DNA of 63,926 bases, filler included, from an uncultured bacterium (GTDB taxonomy: Bacteria; CAZSTA01), in NCBI GenBank assembly GCA_964609495.1. It is 8 parts of 8 records of this genome, joined end to end, with 100 filler letters (N's around TTAATTAATTAA, not from the genome) between each part and the next. Parts side by side here need not be neighbours in the genome. Positions count along the whole stretch, not along the records: positions 9,067 to 18,008 come from CAZSTA010000157.1; positions 18,109 to 26,890 come from CAZSTA010000159.1; 6 more parts are not named here. One strand, 5' to 3'. The notes under the pieces were generated by a model that saw only the letters and a program-made list of their open reading frames with translations, was not told the origin of the DNA and searched no databases. Of the stretch, positions 9,227 to 18,430 are shown piece after piece. The stretch's first letter is position 1. Each line of letters starts with the position of its first letter. The position numbers and the translations under genes were made by a program.

Positions 9227-9799
9227 TTATCTCGGCATAGCTAATATCTCTTTGATCGCAAATTCCTTGAACTTCCTAGGATAGCTGGGTTTAACGACGA
9301 TTGCGGTATCCGCTCCCGAGTCCGTCCCTGCTACCGCGATTATCTCTCTATCCATATCCAGAAACCCAGCATCCGCTGCCATCAAAGCCACCTCTACGCA
9401 GACCTTCATCCCTTGAGAGAATCTATAGAGCGTTTGAGTAACTATCTGATTCGGGCTTACCACTCCAAAAGCAGTGTTGACATCATCTCCAAGGGCATGA
9501 ATGCCAGTCAGAACTTTGATCCCCTTCTCCTCCACCTTCTTTCTCTCCTCAGAAGTCATCGTCCAACCCACATCCTCATAACTTTGACATATCGTAACCG
9601 CTATTATCTCCAGAGAGGATTGGCTCTTCCCTTCCGCCCCTCCGAATATCTCCCAGGCTTTGAGAGCTGTTCCCCCATGATTGGAGGCGAGAACCACCTG
9701 CTTTATACCCAACTCCTTTGCTCTCTCTAGGCAGAATTTCAAGGTGGCTTCGGTATTCTGAGGACCGCCTTTCTCGAAGTATAGGATCTTTCCTTCCAC
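9227..9799 (-). CDS. Pyruvate kinase C-terminal-like alpha/beta protein (MTH1675/COG1751-like)
   Basis: YFEKGGPQNT, VVLASNHGGTA, QGMKVCVEVALMAADAG and GADTA motifs. Confidence 0.8.
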   Translation of the reverse strand: MEGKILYFEKGGPQNTEATLKFCLERAKELGIKQVVLASNHGGTALKAWEIFGGAEGKSQSSLEIIAVTICQSYEDVGWTMTSEERKKVEEKGIKVLTGIHALGDDVNTAFGVVSPNQIVTQTLYRFSQGMKVCVEVALMAADAGFLDMDREIIAVAGTDSGADTAIVVKPSYPRKFKEFAIKEILAMPR

Positions 9800-9819
9800 C
9801 TTTTCAACTCCTCTCGAAG

Positions 9820-10671
9820 TTATACCGTGAAGTTGTTTAAGAACCTCAAACCCAACTTCAGCCCTTCATCAGTTCTCTCCCCGCCAAAAACCGGGTCCTC
9901 ATGCTCGATTACCACCGAATCATCATAACCGACATCATTGAGGGCACAGAATATCGCCTTCCAATCGATCATTCCCCAGCCAGGGATACGATAGCGCCAC
10001 CATCCTCGACCAAAGATACCCTTATAAGCCAACTGGTCCTGCAATATCTCCGTATCCTTGGCATGAACGGCATAGATCCTGTCTCCATAATTTCGGATCG
10101 CCTTTATATAATCTATCCCCAACCAGACGAGATGGGAGGGATCATACTCCAAACCTATCGTTTCCGAGGGAACTGCCTCGAAGAGGAGATCCCACATCTC
10201 CGGGCTATATCCGATATTCCCTATCTTTAGGGGATATCCGCCCGCATGAGGGCAGTTCTCCATCGCTATCTTCACCTGATTCTTCTCCGCTACCTCCGCA
10301 TAATGGCTGAATACCTCTTTATACATAGCCAAGTTCTCCCTAGGTGGTTTATCGCGATCTCCCCAAGTGTTACAGGATATAACGCTTGTTCCGATCTCCT
10401 TGCATCTCTCCATTACTTTAACGAAATAGTCGATATTCTTTTGACGCTTAGCGTCATCGGGGTCGAGATGGTTTACTGAACATATAAGGGTTGTAGCCTC
10501 TATTCCATTATCACTTAATACTTTCCTTACCTTCTGAGTATCATCTTTGCTCAGCTTATCAAAATCCAAGCTCGATCCGGGATCAGCGTTTAGCTCTAAG
10601 CAATCGGAACCAGCCTCCTTTGCGAACTTAACCCTTTCCTCTGAATACCTTGTTAAGAAGCCTATCTTCAT
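9820..10671 (-). CDS. Sugar phosphate isomerase/epimerase (xylose-isomerase-like TIM barrel)
   Basis: IAMENC, YDPSHL, VHAKD, PGWGMIDW and VIEHED metal motifs. Confidence 0.9.
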   Translation of the reverse strand: MKIGFLTRYSEERVKFAKEAGSDCLELNADPGSSLDFDKLSKDDTQKVRKVLSDNGIEATTLICSVNHLDPDDAKRQKNIDYFVKVMERCKEIGTSVISCNTWGDRDKPPRENLAMYKEVFSHYAEVAEKNQVKIAMENCPHAGGYPLKIGNIGYSPEMWDLLFEAVPSETIGLEYDPSHLVWLGIDYIKAIRNYGDRIYAVHAKDTEILQDQLAYKGIFGRGWWRYRIPGWGMIDWKAIFCALNDVGYDDSVVIEHEDPVFGGERTDEGLKLGLRFLNNFTV

Positions 10672-10774
10672 TAACTATTCCTCCTTTTTAATCTATCAGA
10701 TTACAATTCTAACCTTTATACTGCTCCTTCTACTAATTTTACTATCTCCTTGTTGTGAAATTTGACGCTTTTGC

Positions 10775-12946
10775 TCAACTCCTTTCCTCAAAATTTATGA
10801 TAACTCCATCTTTGGCTCTCATAAATAGGACTGGAATACCCCAATCTCGTCTCCCAGCGCCGAAGTCGATATATATCCCTCTCCTCGCCTCCGATATCGC
10901 AGCATCCACTGGATAACCAATCCCGAGAGAACGATAGAACTCCTGAGAGAATTTGAGAGCGGTATCATCATAGATATTATACTGCATAGCTACTACCGCT
11001 GGTATCCCCCTTCGCACTATATTGGGCGCGATCCCTATAAATGGCTTGAAGGGAGAGCTAGTTGCTCCTTCACAAGAGTTTAGGACGACTAATCTCACCT
11101 CGCTATCCAAGAATAATTCTCGGAAGAGCTTATCGCTGATAAATCTGGCGGTGTGATCCTCATTCTCTATCACTAACTCCGCTTCCTTCCCCTGAAAATA
11201 TCCATGCCCAATGAAGTGAAAGACGTGAGGATGAAAACGACGAATCTTATCTCTTATCTCGCTGGCGATAGCATTATCTAGAAATTCTAGCTTCACTATA
11301 TCCTTCTGCTCCCACTCAGTTAGAGCCTCCTTCATTATCCCCCTCTCCTTATCAGAATCAAGGGAGGAAAGGCGATATTCGGCTAGATCGGTGGGATTGG
11401 AGATTACAACTAGGAGATGAAACGGATGAGAGGTTTGTAAAGGTCTGATCGATTCTGATACTTCGATATAGCGAACCAGCGGGATCTCCGTTGAAACTGC
11501 GAAGAATCGTTCATGGCGTTTATCATAGAGATATTCCCAGGGGAGATAAGATAACTCTGGAGAGGAGAGACGAAGGCGAATACGTAACCCTCTTCCCCTT
11601 CCCTGAGCCCACCCTAAGCTGTTACGGTAGAGATCCTCTATCTCATCAGGGAACAAGTACTCAAAGAGCAATTCTCCAAATTCGGTTAATAATCGTTCAT
11701 CAGTCTGACCATATTCGATCATAGAGAGCATATCTTGAAAATCAGAGGATTCGTAGTCAAGGGGAAGAAATCCTTTCGCATTTCCTCTGGGAGATTCGAT
11801 GACATGAATTGGATAGCCCTTCCCTCCCTTTTCTCCCACTAGGATTTCAAAATCATAGTATTCCCACTGCTTTTGAGAAGGAGGAGTGATAATATCCACT
11901 GGTCGGAGAAATGATCTATTCCACGCTTCATTATATATTCCATTACGAATAACGCAATTCCCGTCTTCTCCAGCGCGGATTATTCCTATTAACTCTAAAC
12001 GCTCCAGGATAGGATCGGTGCGGCTAAAACGCACTGGCTTCCTTCCCGAATTTATCTCGTGAACCTTCGCCAAATCGGAAGGAGATAGCTCCCCCAGATG
12101 GCGCATTATATGTTGTAAATTAACATCCCCTTCCCGATGTAGCCGAGCTACCACAGAATCAACTAGGGAGCTATCCACTTTCATATCTGGAGAGTCGAAC
12201 AGCGTATCCTCGATCAGACTCCCTAGGCGTTGAGTAAGATAGGGATGACCTCCAGTCCAATGATATATACGATCTATAACCTCTTTGCTTATCGTTATTC
12301 CTCCCTCCTCAAATCCCATCCTCAGAAGTTTCTCCACCTCCTCTCGGCTGAAGTCAGTTATGTAGATTTGCTGGGTGATGTTCTTAAGCGGAGAAACCTC
12401 ACCGTTCATCAGTTTCTGCATATCAGTGGCTCCGCTGAAGATAAACACAAGCTTCTTGAAGGCTATTTTGAGCTGCCTCTGAGTGAAGGCGGAACGAGCG
12501 GTATCGGCGATACTATGAGCGTTCTCTGAGCTTAATCCTCCCATCTCATCGAGCATAATGATTATACGAGGAACTTTGCTGATCCTGCTTATCTCGCTTA
12601 GGAAATAGAGAAAATCCACTCCAGTTGTGGTCCCTAGATCTATTGGCTCATCTAAAACCTTCCCGAGTTGGGCTTTGATCTCCTGACATAAGCTCCGATA
12701 AAATTGGGCGTTGCTGAGACCGGTGAAGGATTGAAGATCTATGAAGGCAAAGCTATATCTATTTTGCAAGAGGGATCTCAGCTTGAGAAGTAAGCTAGTC
12801 TTGCCAGTCTGCCTAGAGCCTAAAACGATGACATAGTTACTAACTAACTTTATCCATCGCTCCAGATTTCTCAGCTCTTTTTCTCTTCCTATGAATAATT
12901 CTGGCTCTACCGGACCATAAGTAATAAACATATCTTCCCTCTTCAA
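10775..12946 (-). CDS. STAND-type ATPase fused to a C-terminal CHAT protease
   Basis: FIGREKE, Walker A GSRQTGKTS, Walker B IMLDE, WTGGHPYLTQ; CHAT motifs LPWEYL, VFHFIGHG, LVVLNSCEG, AVVAMQY, DWGIPVLF. Alternative ATG start at 12931. Confidence 0.9.
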   Translation of the reverse strand: MKREDMFITYGPVEPELFIGREKELRNLERWIKLVSNYVIVLGSRQTGKTSLLLKLRSLLQNRYSFAFIDLQSFTGLSNAQFYRSLCQEIKAQLGKVLDEPIDLGTTTGVDFLYFLSEISRISKVPRIIIMLDEMGGLSSENAHSIADTARSAFTQRQLKIAFKKLVFIFSGATDMQKLMNGEVSPLKNITQQIYITDFSREEVEKLLRMGFEEGGITISKEVIDRIYHWTGGHPYLTQRLGSLIEDTLFDSPDMKVDSSLVDSVVARLHREGDVNLQHIMRHLGELSPSDLAKVHEINSGRKPVRFSRTDPILERLELIGIIRAGEDGNCVIRNGIYNEAWNRSFLRPVDIITPPSQKQWEYYDFEILVGEKGGKGYPIHVIESPRGNAKGFLPLDYESSDFQDMLSMIEYGQTDERLLTEFGELLFEYLFPDEIEDLYRNSLGWAQGRGRGLRIRLRLSSPELSYLPWEYLYDKRHERFFAVSTEIPLVRYIEVSESIRPLQTSHPFHLLVVISNPTDLAEYRLSSLDSDKERGIMKEALTEWEQKDIVKLEFLDNAIASEIRDKIRRFHPHVFHFIGHGYFQGKEAELVIENEDHTARFISDKLFRELFLDSEVRLVVLNSCEGATSSPFKPFIGIAPNIVRRGIPAVVAMQYNIYDDTALKFSQEFYRSLGIGYPVDAAISEARRGIYIDFGAGRRDWGIPVLFMRAKDGVIINFEERS

Positions 12947-15900
12947 TTATTGGCTAATTTCAGCTCGATAAGTATCCCTTAGACTCTGAAGTAAAATTTC
13001 CACATCCTCGCTCTCCTTAACGATCTCCGGGAAATATCCCAGGGTGTAGCGATAACCTCTCCCCACCCTGGTGAAGACCGGATATAACCGAAGCGTTACC
13101 AAAGCCTCATCTATCGCTCGTTTATCGGTAATCCCCAGCTTTGCTAACTCCTCCTGTATATCGCTCAGATCGAACTCACTTCTATCTATCATCACCAAGC
13201 TGACTATCTTCTCCAGTGGATTCGACTCGCCCCACACCGTCTCCTTGTAATATTGATGAAAATCAGCCTCGCTTATCACCTCCTCTACATCATTTAAGGT
13301 TATACGTCTCTCCGAGATATTCCCGATCACCCTCTCGCAGATCGACTGCACCAGGTTGGGATGAAGCGATGATACCTCCAGTATCCTATCCACGATCTCC
13401 TCTCCCTCTTGCAACTCGATCCCCATATCGCTCATCGGTCGCTCTATGCTCTCTCGGGCGCTCCTTTCATCGAGACAGCCCAAGATGATCTCCTTGCCGA
13501 AGTTGAAGAAGGGCGAGGAAGGATCGTGCACTCTTCGATATAATGCTTTTCCTCCGCAGAAGATATAACGGCAGATTTCCTCCTGAGACATTGATCTCAT
13601 AAGTTTAAATAGCGCCTCGTTATTCCTCGTATCATAGGTAGCGATAGAATCTACCTCATCAAGGAGGAGGATCAAAAGCTTATCCCCTAACTCGCCCTTG
13701 ACCTCTCTTATCAGTTTGCGAAAACCTGGGAGATTATGGGCGAAATCCTTCTCCAACTGAGCACCAAGCATATCGAAGAAATCCTCATAAGTACTCACAG
13801 GCTGGCAATCAAGATAGAAGGAGTGATAGCGTGGATCGGCGGTGAATCTGCGATTAACCTTATGTAAGATGGAGGTCTTACCGATGCGACGCCCTCCCAC
13901 TAAGATGAAATCATTGTTCTTGATCGTTTGAGTAATCGTCTTGAGCTCGTTATTCCGACCGAAAAACATATTATCAGGAACAGGACCTCTCGTCACAAAG
14001 GGCGATACTAAGCTCAATTCAACCTGATCCAGGATGATATCGACCAGTTTGATATTGGTATCCTTTACCTTGATGATATTGAGTATCTCATGTCTTCCCA
14101 AAATTATGAAGTCGTAGGAATAAGGCGAATTATCGATCAACCTCCCTAACTCGACTACGTTATTCACCAGCGAGTTGGGATCCTCGAGGACAACGAGGAG
14201 AGCAAAGAAATCGGACATCTCCATCAGATTCATAAACTCGGCTAACTCAACTATTATCTCTCCATCTCCGAATCCCTCTCGCTGAATGAAGATCACCGGG
14301 AAGCGAGGCGGCACTCGTAAACGCAAGGTTGGAGCTTCTACTACATAGGCGAACATTCGTTTGAAGGTAAACTCTTCTACCATCCTCAACCCCAAAACAC
14401 TACTCAATACCTCGATAATCACGAGCGAATTATCCTGAAAGGTCTTGAGCTGATCGGAATCTTTTCCTGGTAAGACTTCCATCATCTTCTCCCAAGCGGA
14501 GAGCAAGGGTCGAGCGCGATCGGCATTTCTGAGGCTCAATTCCCCCCTGGAATAGCTCAGAGCTTCCTCATCTTTATGCTCATCATAATATCTTTCTAAC
14601 GCATACTCCCTGAAACCACCAGGAATCGCCTTGAGAAGTCGAGCGGATACCCGAACATTTTGCAGAACAGCCTCTTCTATTATATGCTCCCAGTGACCCC
14701 AACTGCGCTCCACATAGCGACCTCCTAAGGCAAGGATTAATTGTTTGGGATAACGAGGTAATTTTAAAGCGGTGATGAAGTGAATATTATTTGGTCGAGC
14801 TACGAAGAAATAGAGGAAGAATGGACCACCAACAAAGATCAGAAATAATAAAATCGAGCCTATATAGTAGAGAGGATTTAGGGGGCGAACTAGTTTAGGA
14901 TTGACCTGTCCTCGCCAGATGCTAAGTCCATCGGTAGCCGCATAAATCAGCGTATTATTCTCAGGATCGATAGTTAGGTGATTGATGGAGATATTACTCA
15001 AACCACCATCCTGCCAGGTCTCCCCTCTATCTAAACTGATGAGCATACCTTCCCTAGAGCCAGCATATACTACCTTAGGATTACTCCTATCAATTGCCAA
15101 AGTTCGCACATATCCCGAAACTACCTTTCTCCAACTCTCCCCTCCATCAGTGCTTTTGTATATTCCTCCTTCTACTCCTGCATAGAGGGTATTTGGCTGT
15201 CGAGTATCCGATACTAGAAAATAGGTTTTGATATTCGCCAATCCCTCATTTTTTGAGCGCCAAGCTTCTCCTCTATCCTCGCTCTTGAAGATCCCTCCAC
15301 TCGTTCCCGCATAAATGATATCGGGATTCTTTGAATCCACCACTAGCGAATAGACGATAGTCTCAATTACTCCTTTGCCGAGAGAAACACGTTTTTTCAC
15401 CTTTCCCTCTTCAATTCGACAGACCTCGCCTTCATAAGTTCCAGCATAGATGATATTGATATTATGAGTATCTATAGCTAAGGAGTAGATGACTGAGTTC
15501 AACAGGTCTGAGCAAAGGGATTCCCAATCATGTCCTCCATCATTACTCTTGAGGACTCCGCTTTCCGTTCCTGCATAGATCGTCATTGGATCTTGAGGAT
15601 CTAGCATAAGAGAATAGACGATCGTATCCTTTAGGGATTCGCTAGCGATACTCCAAGTGATCCCTCTATCAACGCTTTTGAAGACCCCATTCCCATAAGT
15701 TCCCGCATAAACAACCGTTGGATCATCGGGATCTAAAGCTAGAGAGTAGATAACATTATTAGTTAATCCTGCGCTGATCGTTTCCCAGGTCTCATTCCTT
15801 CTGAAGATCCCTCCCCAAGTTCCCGCGTAGAGGACATTTGAATCCTTAGAATCTTTTGAATCCTTGCGAGCTATAGCCAAAGAGTAAACTCTATTATTTG

Positions 15901-17737
15901 TTAATCCCTCGCTGAAGGGAATCCAATTATCGCCTCCATCATCGCTTCTGAAAACGCCCTTCCAAGTTCCCGCATAGAGAGTACTAGGATCACCAGCATC
16001 ACTAAGAAGTGTATGGACGAACTTATCTTCTAAGCCCTTATTGATCTTCTCCCAATTCACCCCTCCATCCTTACTGCGGAATATCCCTTCGCCGTATGTT
16101 CCGGCATATATAATATCAGAATTCTCAAGATTTATTGCTATAGAGTAAATTCTGCTCTTTATAGTAGCTCCGCTTATACCGATCCAATTTTCTCCTCCAC
16201 CAACTGCCTTGAAAATCTCTCCATTTACCGTTCCTGCATAGATGATGTTTGACTCCTTACCATAGTTGTTGGGAGATATAGCTAGAGAATATATATCAGT
16301 AGGAAGTTTGCCCACAACCGACCAATTGTTGCCTCTATCATAACTTTTAAAGATAGTTCCTCCTCTAGTAGCGACATAGATTATATCGGAGTTGAGGGGA
16401 TATATAACTAAAGAATAAACATAGAGGCTAGTCAAGCCTTTGTTAATCACATTCCAGGTGGCTCCTCGATTGATACTCTTAAAGACTCCTCCTCCTAATG
16501 TTCCCGCATAGATGATATTAGGATTATTGTGATCGATGGCCAGACAATATACTCTGGTATTAGTTAATCCCTCGTTTATTGCATCCCAACTCTCCCCTCC
16601 ATCGCCACTCTTAAAGACTCCTCCTCCCCAAGTTCCTACATAGATCACCTTTGGATCTTGGGGATCGATAGCTAAAGAATAGACTCTGGTATTGCTTAGC
16701 CCCTCATTCCTCGCCCTCCAAAGAAGTCCTTTATCCTCACTTTTGAATATTCCTCCATTCGTTCCCGCATATACCATCTTAGGATCCTTGGGATCTATGA
16801 TTAGATCATAAACGCTAGTGTTCGTCATCCCCTCGGAGGCTAAATCCCACCTACTACCACCATTGATACTCTTGAAAACTTTACCGTCATCGGTTCCAGC
16901 ATATATTATATCTTGATCTATCGGATCTATAGCCAAAGTATAAATATTGGTGCTAGTCAACCCCTTGTTGACAGAATCCCAACTCGCTCCCTTATCAATA
17001 CTCTTAAAGACGCCACTCCCCTGAGTTCCAGCATAGACGATATTGGGATTCTTAGGATCTATGGCTAAGCAATAGACGAAGGTATTAGATAATCCCTTAT
17101 TCACCGTTATCCAATCTTCGCCTCCGTTGTTGCTCTTAAATATTCCTCCTCCATAAGTAGCAGCATAGATGATCTCAGGATTATTCGGATCTATCGCTAG
17201 GGAATACACTATGATATTAGTTAATCCTTTATTAATCGCCTTCCAATTGGTCCCGAAATTCTCGCTTTTGAATACGCCACCTAGAGTTCCAGCATAGACA
17301 GTGGATGGATTTTGGGGATCGATAACCAAGGAGTAAACATATAAAGCTGTCAATCCCTCACTGCTAGCCGACCAGATATTTCCCGCATCGCGACTGATGA
17401 ATATCCCACCTCCCCAAGTTCCCGCATAGATGATATCAGGGTTCTGGGGACCAATAGCCAGGGAATAGATCCTACTATCCGTCAGACCCTTATTCATCAC
17501 ATTCCACATCTGCCCACCATCGCCACTCTTGAAGACATCTCCCTCCCTAGTGCCAGCATAGATAGTATCAGAATTTTGGGGATCGATAGCCAAAGACATG
17601 ATAACACCGCTGTAAAGGGCAGTCTGATCCCATATTATCGGCTTCTCTTGTGGTGATGAATCCGCTGAACAAGGGATGAGAAGTGCCGCGATTAGAAGAG
17701 GAAATATTAAGTTTTTGATAAAATCGACTCTTCTCAT
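12947..17737 (-). CDS. Membrane receptor: signal peptide + 21 Asp-box (BNR) beta-propeller repeats + TM helix + cytoplasmic STAND ATPase
   Basis: Likely start ATG 17737 (MRRVDFIKNLIFPLLIAALLIPCSA); repeats VYSLAIDPxxPxIIYAGTxGGxFKSxDGGxxW; TM YYIGSILLFLIFVGGPFFLYFFVA; SPFVTRGPV..MFFGR, Walker A GGRRIGKTS, Walker B LLLDEVD. Confidence 0.88.
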   Translation of the reverse strand: MRRVDFIKNLIFPLLIAALLIPCSADSSPQEKPIIWDQTALYSGVIMSLAIDPQNSDTIYAGTREGDVFKSGDGGQMWNVMNKGLTDSRIYSLAIGPQNPDIIYAGTWGGGIFISRDAGNIWSASSEGLTALYVYSLVIDPQNPSTVYAGTLGGVFKSENFGTNWKAINKGLTNIIVYSLAIDPNNPEIIYAATYGGGIFKSNNGGEDWITVNKGLSNTFVYCLAIDPKNPNIVYAGTQGSGVFKSIDKGASWDSVNKGLTSTNIYTLAIDPIDQDIIYAGTDDGKVFKSINGGSRWDLASEGMTNTSVYDLIIDPKDPKMVYAGTNGGIFKSEDKGLLWRARNEGLSNTRVYSLAIDPQDPKVIYVGTWGGGVFKSGDGGESWDAINEGLTNTRVYCLAIDHNNPNIIYAGTLGGGVFKSINRGATWNVINKGLTSLYVYSLVIYPLNSDIIYVATRGGTIFKSYDRGNNWSVVGKLPTDIYSLAISPNNYGKESNIIYAGTVNGEIFKAVGGGENWIGISGATIKSRIYSIAINLENSDIIYAGTYGEGIFRSKDGGVNWEKINKGLEDKFVHTLLSDAGDPSTLYAGTWKGVFRSDDGGDNWIPFSEGLTNNRVYSLAIARKDSKDSKDSNVLYAGTWGGIFRRNETWETISAGLTNNVIYSLALDPDDPTVVYAGTYGNGVFKSVDRGITWSIASESLKDTIVYSLMLDPQDPMTIYAGTESGVLKSNDGGHDWESLCSDLLNSVIYSLAIDTHNINIIYAGTYEGEVCRIEEGKVKKRVSLGKGVIETIVYSLVVDSKNPDIIYAGTSGGIFKSEDRGEAWRSKNEGLANIKTYFLVSDTRQPNTLYAGVEGGIYKSTDGGESWRKVVSGYVRTLAIDRSNPKVVYAGSREGMLISLDRGETWQDGGLSNISINHLTIDPENNTLIYAATDGLSIWRGQVNPKLVRPLNPLYYIGSILLFLIFVGGPFFLYFFVARPNNIHFITALKLPRYPKQLILALGGRYVERSWGHWEHIIEEAVLQNVRVSARLLKAIPGGFREYALERYYDEHKDEEALSYSRGELSLRNADRARPLLSAWEKMMEVLPGKDSDQLKTFQDNSLVIIEVLSSVLGLRMVEEFTFKRMFAYVVEAPTLRLRVPPRFPVIFIQREGFGDGEIIVELAEFMNLMEMSDFFALLVVLEDPNSLVNNVVELGRLIDNSPYSYDFIILGRHEILNIIKVKDTNIKLVDIILDQVELSLVSPFVTRGPVPDNMFFGRNNELKTITQTIKNNDFILVGGRRIGKTSILHKVNRRFTADPRYHSFYLDCQPVSTYEDFFDMLGAQLEKDFAHNLPGFRKLIREVKGELGDKLLILLLDEVDSIATYDTRNNEALFKLMRSMSQEEICRYIFCGGKALYRRVHDPSSPFFNFGKEIILGCLDERSARESIERPMSDMGIELQEGEEIVDRILEVSSLHPNLVQSICERVIGNISERRITLNDVEEVISEADFHQYYKETVWGESNPLEKIVSLVMIDRSEFDLSDIQEELAKLGITDKRAIDEALVTLRLYPVFTRVGRGYRYTLGYFPEIVKESEDVEILLQSLRDTYRAEISQ

Positions 17738-17760
17738 AATTTTCTCACCCAATTGTTTAG

Positions 17761-17914
17761 ATAAAGGAAACTTTTGCAGGCAACAAAACTCAAGGTTCAA
17801 AAGTTTCCTTTACACCCTCCCCTAACCCCTCCCATCAAGAGAGGGGGAAATAAAGAGAGCAGTCTTATCCCAGTGTCCCCTCTCCCCTCGTGGGAGAGGG
17901 ATAGGGTGAGGGGG
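17761..17914. repeat. Composite REP-doublet element (15-bp hairpin + REP-A + linker + REP-B)
   Basis: TAAAGGAAACTTTTG/CAAAAGTTTCCTTTA hairpin, then CCCTCCCCTAACCCCTCCCATCAAGAGAGGGG, then CCCTCTCCCCTCGTGGGAGAGGGATAGGGTGAGGGG. Confidence 0.85.
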
Positions 17915-18108
17915 AATTTATCTTGAACCCACTAGCGAAAAACTAAGAATAAAAAGTTATCTATTTGAAACTATTCAAAATCAAATAATTTCGGAGATTT
18001 GAACTCTANNNNNNNNNNNNNNNNNNNNNNNNNNNNNNNNNNNNNNNNNNNNTTAATTAATTAANNNNNNNNNNNNNNNNNNNNNNNNNNNNNNNNNNNN
18101 NNNNNNNN

Positions 18109-18152
18109 GATGTTCCCTCTCCCCTCGTGGGAGAGGGATAGGGTGAGGGGGG
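18109..18152. repeat. REP-B copy at the contig start
   Basis: GATGTTCCCTCTCCCCTCGTGGGAGAGGGATAGGGTGAGGGGGG. Confidence 0.85.
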
Positions 18153-18223
18153 AGTCATATCTTGATAGGAACTTGTTTATTTGAAATTACCTAAGTGGCT
18201 AGAGATAGAAAGGAGGGTTTTGA

Positions 18224-18397
18224 ATGTTGGATAAAAAGTTGTTGGAGATATTGGCTTGCCCTAAGTGCAAGAGTCCAGTGAGGGAGGAAGGAGATAAACT
18301 CATCTGTGTAAATCCTGACTGTGGCCGGGAGTATGAGATAAAGGACGGAATACCTATAATGATTATCGAGGATGAGGAGGATAACGAAGCCTCTTGA
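18224..18397 (+). CDS. Trm112 family protein (57 aa, absent from the ORF track)
   Basis: AGGAGG RBS; MLDKKLLEILACPKCKSP...LICVNPDCGREYEIKDGIPIM. Confidence 0.9.
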   Translation: MLDKKLLEILACPKCKSPVREEGDKLICVNPDCGREYEIKDGIPIMIIEDEEDNEAS

Positions 18398-18430
18398 GGA
18401 TGTTTCAAACTATAATCATAGGAGGGAGTT

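Noticed and set aside
14897-17617. DNA periodicity as a DGR or a non-coding array
   Set aside because: Fully explained by in-frame propeller repeats; no reverse transcriptase and no adenine-specific TR/VR pair seen
7266-17737. One large caspase island joining CHAT-Pepco to the receptor/STAND-CHAT operon
   Set aside because: The two are on different contigs; contig lengths fall steadily (8942, 8782, 8737, 8709, 8704, 8692), so the order is by size and not genomic
17738-17800. ORF-track N-terminal extension of the receptor (similar cases at 57139-57243, 30706-30780 and 28215-28265)
   Set aside because: The extensions run through repeat elements or overlap neighbours; downstream starts give a proper RBS, signal peptide or family N-terminus
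17815-18152. Palindromic repeats as a CRISPR array
   Set aside because: Copies are dispersed or inverted pairs with a conserved linker; no regular unique spacers and no cas genes
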